This document shows, in pieces, positions 40,166 to 54,650 of a DNA stretch of 64,000 nucleotides. The notes beneath the pieces were generated by a model. It searched no databases. It was given only the letters and a program-made list of their open reading frames with translations, and was not told where the DNA came from. A program made the position numbers and the translations under genes. Source of the DNA: Octopus vulgaris (taxonomy: Eukaryota). Where the stretch lies: the NCBI GenBank assembly GCA_951406725.2, contig OX597828.1, positions 30,256,001 through 30,320,000 on the forward strand, in the 5' to 3' direction. Within the stretch, counting starts at the first letter, position 1, and every line of letters starts with the position of its first letter.

Positions 40166-40254
40166 ACAAATATATATGCATAGATGATGGCCGTCCACTC
40201 ATGACCGAGGAAGACCATTGCTGACCTTCAGGAACATTGAGCACTCTAGGACTA

Positions 40255-40514
40255 ACTTATATTTTGAATTTGCGGCTCCGTTGATGGCTAATGAGCCCTG
40301 CTCTTGACAAGAGTACACAAGTGCAAACATTGCAGACCAATTTACTACACCATCAGTGCGCTTTCGAGCAACACGTGTAAGTTCTTCGTGCAGAATACGT
40401 GCTCTCTCAAAGTGTCGACCCCTCCTTAACCTGCTTCCTCCATCTGTGGTGATCACAAGCATTGCCCTCCCAATCTGTCTCCTGTATATCATAGGGCTTT
40501 AATGAGGACTTGAC
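40255..40514 (-). mobile_element. RTE-clade LINE ORF C-terminus
   Basis: VKSSLKPYDIQETDWEGNACDHHRWRKQVKEG..FERAR..LVCNVCT..LSRAGLISHQRS (terminal C2H2-like motif). Confidence 0.8.
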
Positions 40515-41564
40515 ACACATATACATACATGTATACATACATACATACAAAACACATATCATCAAGCGAATAGTAGTCATCATGTTCTTGATGAAACCTC
40601 TTTCAGATAATTTTTATAAAATGATTTCTTCTGAATTGAATATTATTGTGTATCTACATCTATAAGCGGTCAGACACCACTACCTGAATACGAAGGATTT
40701 AGGAAGTGTCGCTTACCATTTTTAGTATTTGAGTACTCGAAGAGAGGAAATGAAAAATCATTTAGCCTCAGACTTGGATCCTGTAAAATACAAGTACTAT
40801 GGTTGGTGTAAACGCGTGTGGTTGTGCCTAAAATCGGTACGTATTTCACCCACCTCGTGTTAAGTTCGCAGTAATTCAGTTCCAGAATTAGCTGAGACGG
40901 TAAATCTGTGAAAGAGTATCGTCACAGTCGGCGAGGAATTTTGTAATCCCAGTGATATTATGTCATTATGTTAAATACCAGCTAAAGGAGACCTAGAGCT
41001 CATGATAGACCTTATAAAGTAGGTATTGATGGTTAAGAGCGGGAGTAAATAACGTTATCTCTATTACCTAAGTACGGCAAATATCATGTGGATTTTGTAT
41101 AATTTCTGTGATGAAAGAACTATGAAAAACGGGTCAGCGCTATGCTAGTAAGTGTAAACGCAAACTTCATGTTGAGTTACGATAGATGCTAGTGCTTGGA
41201 TGATAGTAGCATGTGACAAGCCAGATCTAAGAAAAAGAACGAAAGATCATCTATTGACTGAATACAAATCGCTTCATTCAAGTGTAAGCCTAAGTGCTGA
41301 TCTGAGATTACTTCAACTTCACACAACCTCTAAATAATTTGTAATTTTATTTAGTTTACTGGGTTCTAGGGTAAAATAGACTTCAAATATTCCTTGGGTG
41401 GTAGTTATAAGTTAATGTTATCTTACTTCCTATGAGCGCTGACTACCGTATCAAAATCTATCGTTTGTAATTGTGAAAATGGTAGTAGACCTTGTGATAA
41501 CTATAGTGGCAGTAGCGCATGTGAAAGCAGCAGCAGCAGCAGAAGTAATTAGTAATTGTGGTGG

Positions 41565-41621
<57 letters not shown>

Positions 41622-41784
41622 CAGCAGCTGCAGTAGTTTGGATTCCAGCTAATACACGTAATATTTGAATGCGATGTTGTTCAGTCTTTACACCGGAATG
41701 AAAACAAAACCGATGTTGGAGGTTTTTAATTGCTTTTTAATTGCTTTGTTGGTACATATAGTTTTATAACGGCAAACAGATGAT

Positions 41785-41818
<34 letters not shown>

Positions 41819-41820
41819 GT

Positions 41821-41883
<63 letters not shown>

Positions 41884-43891
41884 TAGACATAGATATAGAT
41901 ATAGATATCTTCATGGACATGTCACTGCTCTTGCATTGCAAAGAAAATAGTTAATACGATTTCCTATCCTACAAATTGTACATCTCAAAATAAAATATTC
42001 TACGAAGAACCACACTGAAGTAAATGCTGAGGAGACGAAAACGAAGTCAGAATCTTTGAACAGGCAGGTTCCAAGTCTTATCCACTCGGTCATCTGCAAT
42101 CTGCTCTATGAATAATTTTTCTACACAATGTCGAAGCAAAAGCAGAATTCCGTTAATAAGAAAAAAAAAATCTATAAGAAGCTAGCTCATGCAGATAATC
42201 ATTTAGATAACCTTTGCATTTTAACATTAAGAGAATATCTATGATAATATGGAAATATCAATGTATAAATATGTTTTTCTTGCGTAATGTGTCTGGAGAA
42301 TATAGAGAGAGACAAATATTGTAGAAAGTATTACAAGCAGATTAGCAAAATGTATCTGTAATTCGTATATATAAGGTGAATGCAATATCTATTTGCTGAA
42401 AGACATTATAGGTAACTGGGAATTATCCAAGGGAAATGTCAAAATATTACTTAGACGTGATTTGGGATAATAAATCTTGTGTTCAGTTTCAAGCTAGATG
42501 TAATCAAGCCAAACCTATAATAAAACATATTCCTATTTTAACCATTCTGTTTTTACTATATTAAGATTACTTTGCCAATGTGATAAAAGGAGGACTTTTG
42601 GCTACTGCTTCTATCACGTCGAGTACCAGTGTCCAGGCACTGTCATTATGTATTTGTTGTATGGCTAATTAGCATCAAGCCAACCTTCGTCCAGCTATGA
42701 TTCTTCTTTTCGGCTGTTTATCACACGACGAGTACTGCGTAGTGCATAACATAACATGTAGTTTCCTGGTTTTCAACAATTAAATGTGATATGAAGAGTA
42801 TTTTGCATTAGTTCTAGAATGCCAAGGAACTGTGTAGATGCTCCTTCGTGAAATCGTTAAGTTGTTAGTCGTAGTTTCGTATTAGCTATCATTAGATATT
42901 TTCCAGAACGTTTAAAAATAGCAATGACATGAGAATATTTTGGCTAGAAACATTGTTTGAACAACAGTGTGTCGCTGCACACCATGTCTTTAAATTTGAT
43001 TTTCGCTTTCCATATATAATATGCTTATCTTAAAATTCGAGTAAAGTGTAATTCAGATGTTTATGTGTGAATATATATACATTGATTAACTTATATTTTT
43101 TCTTTTCCCTCTGCCATGTTTCAAAGATTAAACTCTGATAAACTTATTCATTCTTTACTTATCTTAAAATTAAATATGAAATCAGATTAGGCAACTGAGT
43201 TTGGAAATTATATCAACAACAGACCGAATATATTCAGTTATAAGTGTTTGAAATTTGATTATTACCAGTAAATCAATTGTACTAAATTCTAAGAAGAAAG
43301 CGACTTCCATTTACAATTTATAAAAAAAGACGGTAAAAATAAATAATTTTGCAAGCAAGGAAAGAAATCCCTTTTATAAATTATTTTCCAGTTTTATCAG
43401 TTGTCAATAATTCATTAATTGATAGGTATTTTGTGCATATTTGGTTCCATGCAAGCGCGGATCTATGCAGGGACATTTCAGCTGTGGTCATGCCATTTAT
43501 TCTAACAGATGCTACATGCAGCGCCACATAAAATCAAAATAATATACATTTTCCTTTAAAATGGTTGAGTGATATTTAGCTACTATACTTAACAGCACGA
43601 TATCTAGTAGAAATCGATTTACGGCTCGATTAAAATATGTTATTTGGAATAATTAGTGCCGGGACATTTCATTTGCAATCAGGAAGGACACAATGAAATC
43701 AGCAGGAACGCAAAAATATAATTCTTTATATTGACCATGATAAACATGCAAAGAATCTCACTGATGGCAAAGAACAGCTGAAAGTATATATACACTAACA
43801 CATATATAATATGTGTATATATATGTGTATGTGTGTGTATGCATATACATGCACGGGTAAATAAATATGTACATGCATATATATATATATT

Positions 43892-44419
<528 letters not shown>

Positions 44420-44644
44420 CGGGGTATATGCAGACATACTCACGAACATACCTATATACCCAGCTATACGTTATGTGTAATGTATACGCACTGTTGTCAA
44501 ACAGTTACCGTGGTGTCTATTCTGAGTTTACATCTCTGACTAGATGCATGGTATTGACTGCTGCTAGAACGATGTTTTCTCTTCGTGGGATATTTATTGT
44601 GATTTTGGCACAACACATCAACAAATGATGAAATACCGCAGCAA

Positions 44645-45497
44645 CAGGGTGCGGTGCGTAAATTGTCGCCATTTTATATTTTTTATGCAGCACATGCACA
44701 TTGCTTTTGTTTTTTAATTTGTCAACTGCAAAGAATAGTAGGGTCAGTTAGTAACTGTCTGTGAGAAAATACAGCGCTATGAGACAATTTATTCTGCCAG
44801 AAGTCTGGAAACGACATGCTGTACTGCTTAGCCATCGCGTCGGAAGCTCCAGCAGAACTTTTCAGAGTGTTTGGTTGTCAAACTGAGGACATGTACAGAG
44901 AGTGATAAAAATCAAACATCTAGCAATCATGGTTATTGGAGTGATCACTAATGATCGCAACGTTATGCATACATTCACCTTTTCACACGGCTTCACACTC
45001 AACAAGGTGGCCTACAACAAGTGCTTGATAGAGGTAGTGCTGCTCTGGGTGAAGTGTGTGGCTGCTGGAAGACTCTATGTCAGGAAACAGGATTTTGCAT
45101 CGTGCTACACAAGTTGGAGAACTCAGTCGTGGCCGTCAGACAATTTATGTGACCGCATTATCACAAATATCTGCCCAACAAACTCCACATACTGCTTGAT
45201 TATTACGCGTGGAGCGCAGATGAGCGGAGACCAACAAAATTCCTTGTAACACCAAAGATCAATTGAAGGCACGGGTTATGGCAGCGTTCACGAACAAAAA
45301 CGAAGAGACAGTCCAGAAGAGTTGCAGCAGATTCCGAAGTCATCTGGAGGCCGTGATTGAAGAAAATGGGGATTTTATTGAATAGATTTATTCTTTACTA
45401 TTTCAAGATGCTTTTATGTAATTTGGTAAATATATATGTTAAGATGAGATGTCAGTGTTATTTTTATTTTAGACGACAGTCTATTCACCGCATCCTG
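44645..45497 (+). mobile_element. Internally deleted maT/DD37D-type Tc1/mariner transposon
   Basis: TIRs cagggtgcggtgcgtaaattgtcg and cgacagtctattcaccgcatcctg. Transposase piece KHLAIMVIGVIT..YNKCLIEVVLLWVK..QDFASCYTS..ICPTNST..LDYYAW. The D..D spacing approximates DD37D allowing for a small deletion. Confidence 0.8.
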
Positions 45498-45689
45498 TTT
45501 ATATATAAATGTATGTTTTATTTATATTTCCTGAGCGCCATACTAATACAATTGTTTGTTTGTATTCCACCTGCCTTCGTCTTTTGTTTATTTCCGTAAA
45601 CCTGCCTTCGTCTTTTGTCTATTTTCATAAAGCTTCCCGTTATATATATTTATACATGTATACATCTTTTATCTTTGAATTTTATTTTT

Positions 45690-46095
45690 TATTTATCTCA
45701 GTCATCAGTTTGCATCTGCGCTGTTGCCCCGCCTTAAATGAATTCTTCGTCAAATGAATCAACCCAAGTAGTTAGTTTTCCTGAAACCTGGTAATTATGC
45801 TATGCAACTCTTCTGCCGAACCGCTGAGTTGTATGGATGTTATCATGCCAAAACGGGTTCTCAATCGTTGCGAAAGATATTTAGAGATACATGACACCCA
45901 TACACGCAGGCACACACAAACACACACACATGTACACACGATGTGTGTCTTTCAGTTTCTGTCTAAGAAATCCACTCAAAAGCTTCGCTCCGCCCGGGGC
46001 TATAGTCGACGATACTTGCCCATGTTGTCACACCTTGGGCCTGAGCACGGGAGCATGCAGTTGGGAAGCAAACTTCCTTCCACACAACCACGCCC
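45690..46095 (-). mobile_element. Degenerate SINE family A
   Basis: ctgccgaaccgctgagtt..tttcagtttctgtct..aaatccactcaaa..ggggctatagtcgacgatacttgccca. Confidence 0.7.
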
Positions 46096-47422
46096 GAGAG
46101 GGGGAGAGACATGTAGAGACCAGCAAGCATTTCAATATTTAGGCTACTTATTTCTAGTTTAGCAGTAATCACATGCATGAATACCATTTGGCTTGTCGCT
46201 TCCTTGTTATTCAACTGTTAAGTTTTGCCAAATATTCTTCTATGTTGTTATGTGTATATGAATATACATTCATGTGTTCTTCTGTATGTATATTTGTAAG
46301 TTTGTAAGTGTGTCTGTTTCTTCCAAGGTGTGCAAGAATTCTGGTGTCAGATAAAAAAAGAAAACATGAGTGCTATTGTTTTCTTATCAGAATTTCTTTT
46401 GTTTTTGTCTGGTTTAGTATTCCTATCATTTCATGTATTTGTAATTTATTATGATATCGTGTCTCGAAAACGATAAATATGTATAGTTTGCAGATAGTGC
46501 TATGTGGAATGATAACACTCTTGTGCATATAATCAAATGTCTGCATGAATATACGTATATATTCACATATGTGAACAGTAACGATACAGCATTAAATATT
46601 TGGCACACCTGGCAACTGTCCGGTTGCTTCAGATATTATTACATCGGATCATTTCAGCGAATACATAACGGAAATGCTCATGGACATTTATTAAAGGACA
46701 TCTGATTATATCGGTGTGTGGCGTTACCCCATATATCAATATTATTAATAAATACTAGAGAACACACATACGCACATGTCTATATGTGTGAGTGTACATA
46801 CATATCTATGTGTGTATATGCGTGTGTGTATGTATTGGATAGAAGCTATTTCAACAGCTACAGAAAATATCATTTTTCTTTATCATTGCTTTGAAGACAT
46901 TCGCTAGTCTTAAGCAGATTGCAGAGTGTTTCTGGGGGTGTGCAGTCTGAATATCACTTTGTTTTCAGTGTAGATGTTACATCGAATAATGAATTAACAG
47001 GTCTATCTTGGAAATTTCCCCTAGCAGCTAAAGTAAACATCACAGGTCATCACTACTTCGGCAATAACGGTTGATAAAGTAATTGCCTATTAAAATATAA
47101 AGTAGTTGCATACCATGTGCAATATCAGAAACACTATGTACCACAACTGATGCCCCGAGGAAGCATGTGTAGATCTCCAGTTATCGTAGATTATTGAAGT
47201 ACTAGCGAATGATTTGAAGTCATTGGAACGGTTAAGTTACTGCCTATGCTGAGAAATATTTCACATAATTGTAATTTGGTTCTAGCAACTGGGTATTGTG
47301 GTGTTTCCTCTGCTATGGTAAAACGCAAAAATGAAAATAATATGTTCACAAATATTCACGCATAAATATATATATATATTTATGCGTGAATATATGTGCG
47401 GATATTATTTTTATTATATATA

Positions 47423-47878
47423 TTAGGTTGTCATATTTGGAAGGTAGCAATAAAATGCTTCAGACGTGTTAGAGAACTGATTTATTTTATCCAAGTGTGA
47501 TCTAAATTCTTTTATGACATTTACTTAACATTTCTCTAAGTCATATATTCCATCTTTAAAATCAAGATTCATCTTTTGCTGTGATAAACTGTCCGAATGC
47601 TTCAATTAGCTCTTCTCTATTTAAACATGATTTCTTGCGTATGAAAAGCTCCAAATGCTTAAATAAGTGACAATCAGTAGAAGAGATATCAGGGGAATAG
47701 GGGGGATGTTTCAAAATTTCATAACTCAGGTGTTGCATCATTTTGGACCGTAGCTTGAGAAGTGTAAGGGTTGCATTGTCGTGGGGCAAAGTTGAGTCAC
47801 CTCCACTCACTAGCTTCCAGTTTTTAAATGAGTGATATAAGTAATTAAAAATGCAACGTTTCAAATATGAAAACCTAA
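47423..47878 (-). mobile_element. Internally deleted mariner element
   Basis: TIRs ttaggttgtcatatttggaaggtagca and tgcaacgtttcaaatatgaaaacctaa, with a TA TSD. ORF 47562-47864 has HDNA..HPPYSPDISSTDCHLFKHL. Confidence 0.88.
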
Positions 47879-47972
47879 TATGTATGTATGCATGTATGTA
47901 TGTATATATATATGTATATATATATATATATATATATAAATATATGTGTGTGTGTGTGTGTGTGTATATATA

Positions 47973-48344
47973 TCTTTATATATAAAAGTGAAGTTGTGTG
48001 TCTGTCTCCTACGATTTAGATTCCTAACTACTCCCACATTTTGCGGTGCAGTGTAACCAAAAGCGGGTATCTTATAGTCGTGATTCATATCGAGCCCTTC
48101 TGGCTCTACGATTTAAAAAAAAAATTACCATCATTTTTTCCCATTTTTAATGCATTTTTTTGCTATCATATAAGGGAAGTAACTCTCTAAAAATGTATTA
48201 TTAAATTTCAGAACGTAAAAAGCTACAATAACACCCTCCTTTGTGGTTAGCCATATTGAGATGGCTATTATACTTTACATCTGTAAATATGTTTATATAG
48301 TTATTTCCCTTACAAACCCGAGCAACGCCGGGCGATACTGCTAG
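47973..48344 (+). mobile_element. Non-autonomous Helitron
   Basis: 5' TC(TTTATATATAAAAG), subterminal hairpin CCCGAGCAACGCCGGG, 3' CTAG, inserted between A and T with no TSD. Confidence 0.85.
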
Positions 48345-48376
<32 letters not shown>

Positions 48377-48411
48377 GAAAGAATAATAAGCAACAAGAAT
48401 AGATCCGGTAA

Positions 48412-48499
48412 TTTAGTACAATTGTTTCATACTACAACATTTTATTAAAAGCTGTAAATATTACAGCAGATTTAAGATGCTGAGTAATCTTCAGCTAAA
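48412..48499 (-). ncRNA. Minimal type I hammerhead ribozyme (left arm)
   Basis: Reverse complement of 48715-48802 with the same core and stems. Confidence 0.78.
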
Positions 48500-48714
48500 T
48501 TTTATCAAATGAACTAATAACATCTTAGGGAAGGTAAATATACAGATAAAGATGTAGATATGAATGTTAGGAACATGAGGTCGTGTAGTTCAGATGCTAA
48601 CTGACCAAAACCTCGGTTACAACTCATGTCTACATCTTTATCTGTATATTTACCTTCCCTAAGATGTTATTAATTGATTTGAAAACTTTATATTATTGGA
48701 AAACCTATATAAAA

Positions 48715-48802
48715 TTTAGCTGAAGATTACTCAGCATCTTAAATCTGCTGTAATATTTACAGCTTTTAATAAAATGTTGTAGTATGAAACAATTGTACTA
48801 AA
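48715..48802 (+). ncRNA. Minimal type I hammerhead ribozyme (right arm)
   Basis: TTTAG-CTGAAGA-TTACTCAGCAT...ATGTTGTAGTAT-GAA-ACAATTGT-A/CTAAA. Perfect 5-bp stem I, long stem II, palindromic stem III, GUA cleavage triplet. Confidence 0.8.
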
Positions 48803-48936
48803 GTACCGGATTCAATCTTGTTGCTTTTTATTCTTTGATTATAATCACCCCGCATTTTTTTATGGGTAACACCATACAAAATTCTGGTGCATCTAAATTA
48901 AGTACCATATTCATTTGAATCTAAATTGTTGCTGAA

Positions 48937-49017
<81 letters not shown>

Positions 49018-49280
49018 TTATATATATATATTTATATATCCTTGCCATTATATTAAACTATTGTACGTCCCAATTGGGCCAACTGTGTTGTTTACTATGT
49101 TTATATTTACTTGCAATAGCTGGTACTTTCGGTCAAGTTATCGTATCTCCAGCTGCTTCAAATGCTAGGGTCTCAAAGATTGTCAAAGTGTAGTACAACG
49201 GTTTTGCTATGGAATGGTAAAATTATCTTTTCGTTTTCTGAAAAAGCAACATTTTCGACTTACGACACTTTAGCATAATA

Positions 49281-49319
<39 letters not shown>

Positions 49320-50016
49320 CATGTGTGTGTGTGTATGTACATATGTATACGCACGCACACACACACATATATATACGTTGAACTTATTTCGAATCCTTAC
49401 ATTAATTTGTTTAAATTGAAATGGTTATATAAACTGAAATTCTTTTTTTCAATCCGATATAATGAGTGGATTTTTATTAGCATCTCTACATTTTCCGTCT
49501 ATTGCGAATGTATACATTTTCTATTCAAAATTTTAAGTTTTCTCGAATTGCTTCACAAAAATATGTCTTATAATAACGTCCTAACCAATCACGCACGCAT
49601 GACGGACCGAACAGATTTGAAGTTTCGAAGTAATAAATAAAATATAATTGGATAGCTTGTCAGAATTATTAACCTTAAAACAATCTTGACTAAAAAATAT
49701 ATAAACCAAAGAGGCTTAACAGAATAATTATGCCCAAACAGGTTTCAAATTATGTATCTACACAGACAAGAGAGCAGTATATAATTGCATATTTCATGTT
49801 AAATATACACACACAAAAGCATACATGCACGCGCACACGCACCCGTGCTTCTAAATGTTAATATTAATGTGCATATGTATACGTATATATTATATATAAA
49901 TAGTATGTGCATATGTGTGTGCGTGTGTGTGTTTGAAACAGATTAAAAAAAATTTATATGTGTGTTTATCTATATATGTTTAGTAATTTTAATTTTGTTT
50001 GTGAAGTGAAACACAC

Positions 50017-50047
<31 letters not shown>

Positions 50048-50258
50048 ACATACATATATATCCAAAAGATATATGTGTGTATGTGCACGTGTGTGTAAAA
50101 ATGTCTATGTCGTTGTGTATTTGCATACGAATATATATAAACAGTATACACGTGCACACACATGTATATATATGAATCTCTCTCTCTCTCACTCTCTCTC
50201 TCTATATATATATGCATATGTATATATATATGTATATATATGTATATATATATGTATA

Positions 50259-50316
<58 letters not shown>

Positions 50317-51062
50317 ACCACCCTCTATATATATATGCATACATATAGACATTTACATGTGTGTGTCTAAATGTTCTAGTGTGTGTCGGTATGTATGTTT
50401 GTGTTTATGTATCTGCTTTTGTTCGTTCATGCATCTGCTTGTTTGCACATTTATTATTGATTGTTTTGTTTATATGTGTGTGTTTATATGTGTGTTCGTT
50501 ATATGTGTGTTTATATGTGTGTGTGTGAAGAACAAGAACTACATCATTTGCAAGAAGCGAATCATTTGCTACTGTGAAATTAACTTCTCCGAACTCTACC
50601 AATTATTTCTTTACATCAATGTAGAAAAGTATACAGCATCTCATAAAAGTTGTTATTTGTCTGTGTGAATTTCAAACAACCGCAAGTTATAAATTTTGTA
50701 TCGATATATTTCACTGCAAAACTACAGTACGTTATTTACAGTGTAAAACATGATTTCGTCTTAAAAACTGAAAAGTATCAAGTGTAATTAAGCGGAAAAA
50801 CCTGTCTTACAAAATGATTCTATTTTTCTGGTCAGTTTGAGAAAAAAAATTATATTTGAAAAAAGAAAAGGAATTAAACAATGGAGACGTTTATTCCTTG
50901 GCAAATATTCAAAGCAAACATGGATAAATGAATTCGTCTCAAGACTCAAGTTATACCTTGGAGAATATTGACGATTTGGTGAAATTTAAATGAGTAGGAA
51001 TCTTTCTATTTTGTTTTAATTTTTTACACAAATTGCAGGAGATATTTTTTCTTGGCCACAAG

Positions 51063-51636
51063 TAAGAGGTGCTTTCAGAAAGTATGTGATTTATTGTTTC
51101 CCGCTAAACCTAATGACGCCTGAACAAAAACCCTTGAGTGGGAAGTGACGCCAATCTTCCTGCGCATGCGTGAAAACTTTTGCCACGGAATGTTACGTCA
51201 GTTCCCGGCTGTTGCGCCCATAGTACAGACGTGAGTGCGAGCTCGTCGGATTTTCGTTTTCACCTAACACATTGAGAAGAAATATGACATCAGGATTTAT
51301 CAAGAGATTGTGATACTCAGAAGATTCAGCAGGCCTTTGGCGGTGGTAAGATCCCGACCAATGAGTGGTACAGGCGCTTTCAACTAGGACAAACCTCAGC
51401 ATTGAGCGAGATATATCTAAGCTAGAAATCCACTGGCCGAAGTGAGGAGCCAGTCGAGAAGTTTCGGCGAATAATCATGGAAACGCGTCGGGTAACAATC
51501 CATGAAACTGTTCGTAAAATGGAAATAAGTTCAGCATCAGTTCCTTCCATTTTAGCTGAGAATTTTTACATGGGGAGAGTACCATCGAAATTCGCCATCA
51601 AAGTGCTGGCAACTCAGCAGCAAAAACTCCGCGTGG
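51063..51636 (+). mobile_element. 5' remnant of a mariner element
   Basis: KIQQAFG..EWYRRFQLGQTS..STGRSEE..VEKFRRIIMETRRVTIHE..EISSASVPSILAENFYMGRVPSKF (HTH region up to the WVP-equivalent). TIR-like start taagaggtgctttcagaaagt. Confidence 0.7.
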
Positions 51637-51922
51637 TATGAGGGCTGTTTCTCTAGAGCGTTTATTAGAAAGCATAGAGTTCGAAGTTGAAGGGAAATAA
51701 GATAAGTATTATTTAGGCGGTAAATTTAAAATTACTATGACCTATGCAGGCCATCCGAGGTAGTAGGTTTAGAAACGATTTATTTTTAATTCAGTGTGCG
51801 GACGAAATTTTGTGTGAGCTTCTAAATTCTAAATATGCATGTATCAGAAATATAGGAAATGCAAGGAACAAATAATTCACAAACATTTCCAAATGCAATA
51901 GGTTATTGGTATACACACACAC

Positions 51923-51984
<62 letters not shown>

Positions 51985-52022
51985 TGTGTGCACGCGTGTG
52001 TGTTTGTGTGCATGTATGTGCA

Positions 52023-52069
<47 letters not shown>

Positions 52070-52093
52070 CTGTGTGCGTGTGCGCGCGTGTTT

Positions 52094-52249
52094 GCATGGC
52101 TGCCTAGTAAGTAGCTTGCTAGCTAACCACATGGTCTCGAGTTCAATCTCACTGCATGGCACCTTGAGCAAGTGTCTTCTTCTATAGCCTCGGGCCGACT
52201 AAAGCCATGTGAGTGGATATGGTAGAGGGAAACTGGAAGAAGCCCGTCG

Positions 52250-52334
<85 letters not shown>

Positions 52335-52608
52335 AGGTGTGTATAGGTGTCTGTGTTTGTTCCCCAGACATAGCTTAACAACCAATGCTGGTAAGTTTAC
52401 GTCCATGTAACTTAGCGATTCGGCGAAAGCGACCGGCGATAGAATAAGTACCAGGCTTATAAAGAATAAAAACTTATTTGGATTATATAATCTGTTTCGT
52501 AACATATTCTGTTTTGGTCGATTTGCTCGACAAAATGACGTGCTGCAGTATGGCCGCAGTGAAATGACTGAAAAAGTAAAAGAATAAAAGAAAATAAAAA
52601 GAAAGAAT
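52094..52608 (+). mobile_element. SINE family A copy (diverged, expanded internal (TA)n)
   Basis: gtaagtagcttgct..ggcaccttgagcaagtgtcttc..gaagcccgtcgtata..tggccgcagtgaaatgactgaaa. Confidence 0.85.
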
Positions 52609-53510
52609 GTGTATGTGTATGTATGCATATGTGTATATATATGTTTGTGTGTGTCTCTCTATATATATATGAATGTGTGTATATATATATATATATACTA
52701 TATATGTGCGTATGTATGTATTAATGTCCTTGGGGATAGTCTGGTCTTAAGTATAAAACAAGTGAGCAGTTTAATGTGTATACATTTATTTTTAGAAAAT
52801 AATATCTCATTTTACCTAATGTGATATTTTGATTCGAAAATCTTATGCTTAGTCAGATAGAAAGTTGCGAAAATTAATGCATTCTTTGAAGTGTACTCTA
52901 AGCAGTACGAATATTGAAATGATGAACTTTCTTGGAAATCTCTTTATCCTCCAGATATCACTTAATCGAAATATGAGACAAAAAACAAGCCCAAAAATTA
53001 TCGATCAGCATCCGTCGAGAAATAAATATAACTTTCATTCACAAAAATATTTTGAACTGTGCATTTTAATATTTAAGTTAGCTTCTTGCAGCTTCTACAC
53101 GTGATCAGATTCAAATCTCAATAATCTTTTCCAAAACAGCTTTCAAAAATATATACATGCAAGAAATATTTAATTTTTGCTACAAAATATGTTGTGAAAC
53201 AGTATTATATAATCCGTATAAGTTTTTTTACATCTCTTGATCTAGCGACCGTTTGACGACAAAGCTATTTCTAAGAGTGTCTAGAATTCTATTTTCATTC
53301 GTTGATGATAAAATTCAACCATGATGTTTTCGAAAAGATTTTCAACATAAAACATAACGAGATTAAGTAAATATATGGTTTATTATTTCATACGCATTAA
53401 ACTACATTTCAGCCGTCTTGATAAGTTCAATACACATCCTATTTTAAATTAGTACTGCTAGTGTTGTAGGTAACAGATATATATATATATATATATACAC
53501 ATACATACAA

Positions 53511-53636
<126 letters not shown>

Positions 53637-53797
53637 ATTAAAGAGAGAGGAATTCTCTGTATAGAATATATTTCGTAGTATTCAACACATTTGAACTTGA
53701 GCAGGTACAGGAGTAAATGTAAGGCAAGGCAGCGCATACTCCTACCCACAGATGCAAAACTAGGTTCCATTCCTCATCGTTTCGCACTTTCTCAAAC

Positions 53798-54650
53798 ATG
53801 GCAGTCTTCGCTCCTTACCTCACTCCTGGACAGGAATATGAACTGAAGCAGATTGGTGCGGCTATTGAATCCCATGGCAAGGGAGTCTACTGGTTCAATG
53901 GAAAAGAGGCTCACGGCTGACAATTTTGAGAATACCGAGGAGAATCCTAGACGTTTACGGTCAACCAAGAATGTGTCAAATACATCTGCGGCGCTACTAT
54001 GTTCCACGAGACGTTCTACCAGAATATTAGTGCTGGGGTTCATTTGGTGAAAGTGCTTCAAGATAAGGGTATCAATCCCGAATTCAAGGTCAACAAAGGT
54101 GTTGTGCCTATTATGGGAACCTTCAATGAATGCACTACGCAAGGTCTTTAGCGGTATGTCTGAGCGCTTTGCTGAATACAAAAGAGATGCTACCTAGTTT
54201 TCCAAATGGCGCTGTGTATTGAAAATTAGATCTAACACTACCTCATATCACACCATGATGGAGAATGCCAATGTCCTGTCTCGTTACGCCATGATCTTTT
54301 GAACATAATGGTGTAGTGCCAATTGTTGAACCAGTAATCTTGTCTGGCGGAGAACGTGACTTGGAGACGTCACAGAAGTAGTGCTGGCTTTCACTTATAA
54401 AGCCGTTGCTGACCACTACATCTATCTGGATGGTACTTTGTTGAAACACAATATGTGCATAGCTTGACACAACTGCGCAAAGCGATTCAACTTTGAGCAG
54501 AATGCTTCGGCTACAGTCTCAGCCCTGAGGAGAACCGTCCCCTCTGCTGTACCAGATGTGACATTACTATCAGGCAGTCAGTCAGAAGATGCAACAATCA
54601 GCCTGAATGCCATCAGCAAGTGTTCGTTACTCAAGCCATGAGTCATGACT
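53798..54650 (+). pseudogene. ALDO: Processed (intronless) class I fructose-bisphosphate aldolase pseudogene, 3'-truncated
   Basis: With frameshifts: [130 protein letters not shown]. No introns. Confidence 0.93.

Larger units (their letters stand above)
48378..48926. mobile_element. Fold-back PLE-derived element: ~190-bp inverted arms, each with a hammerhead, plus a 3' tail ending in (TA)n
   Basis: 48378-~48563 is the near-perfect reverse complement of ~48625-48836, except for a ~27-nt indel. Flanked by (TA)n on both sides. Confidence 0.85.
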
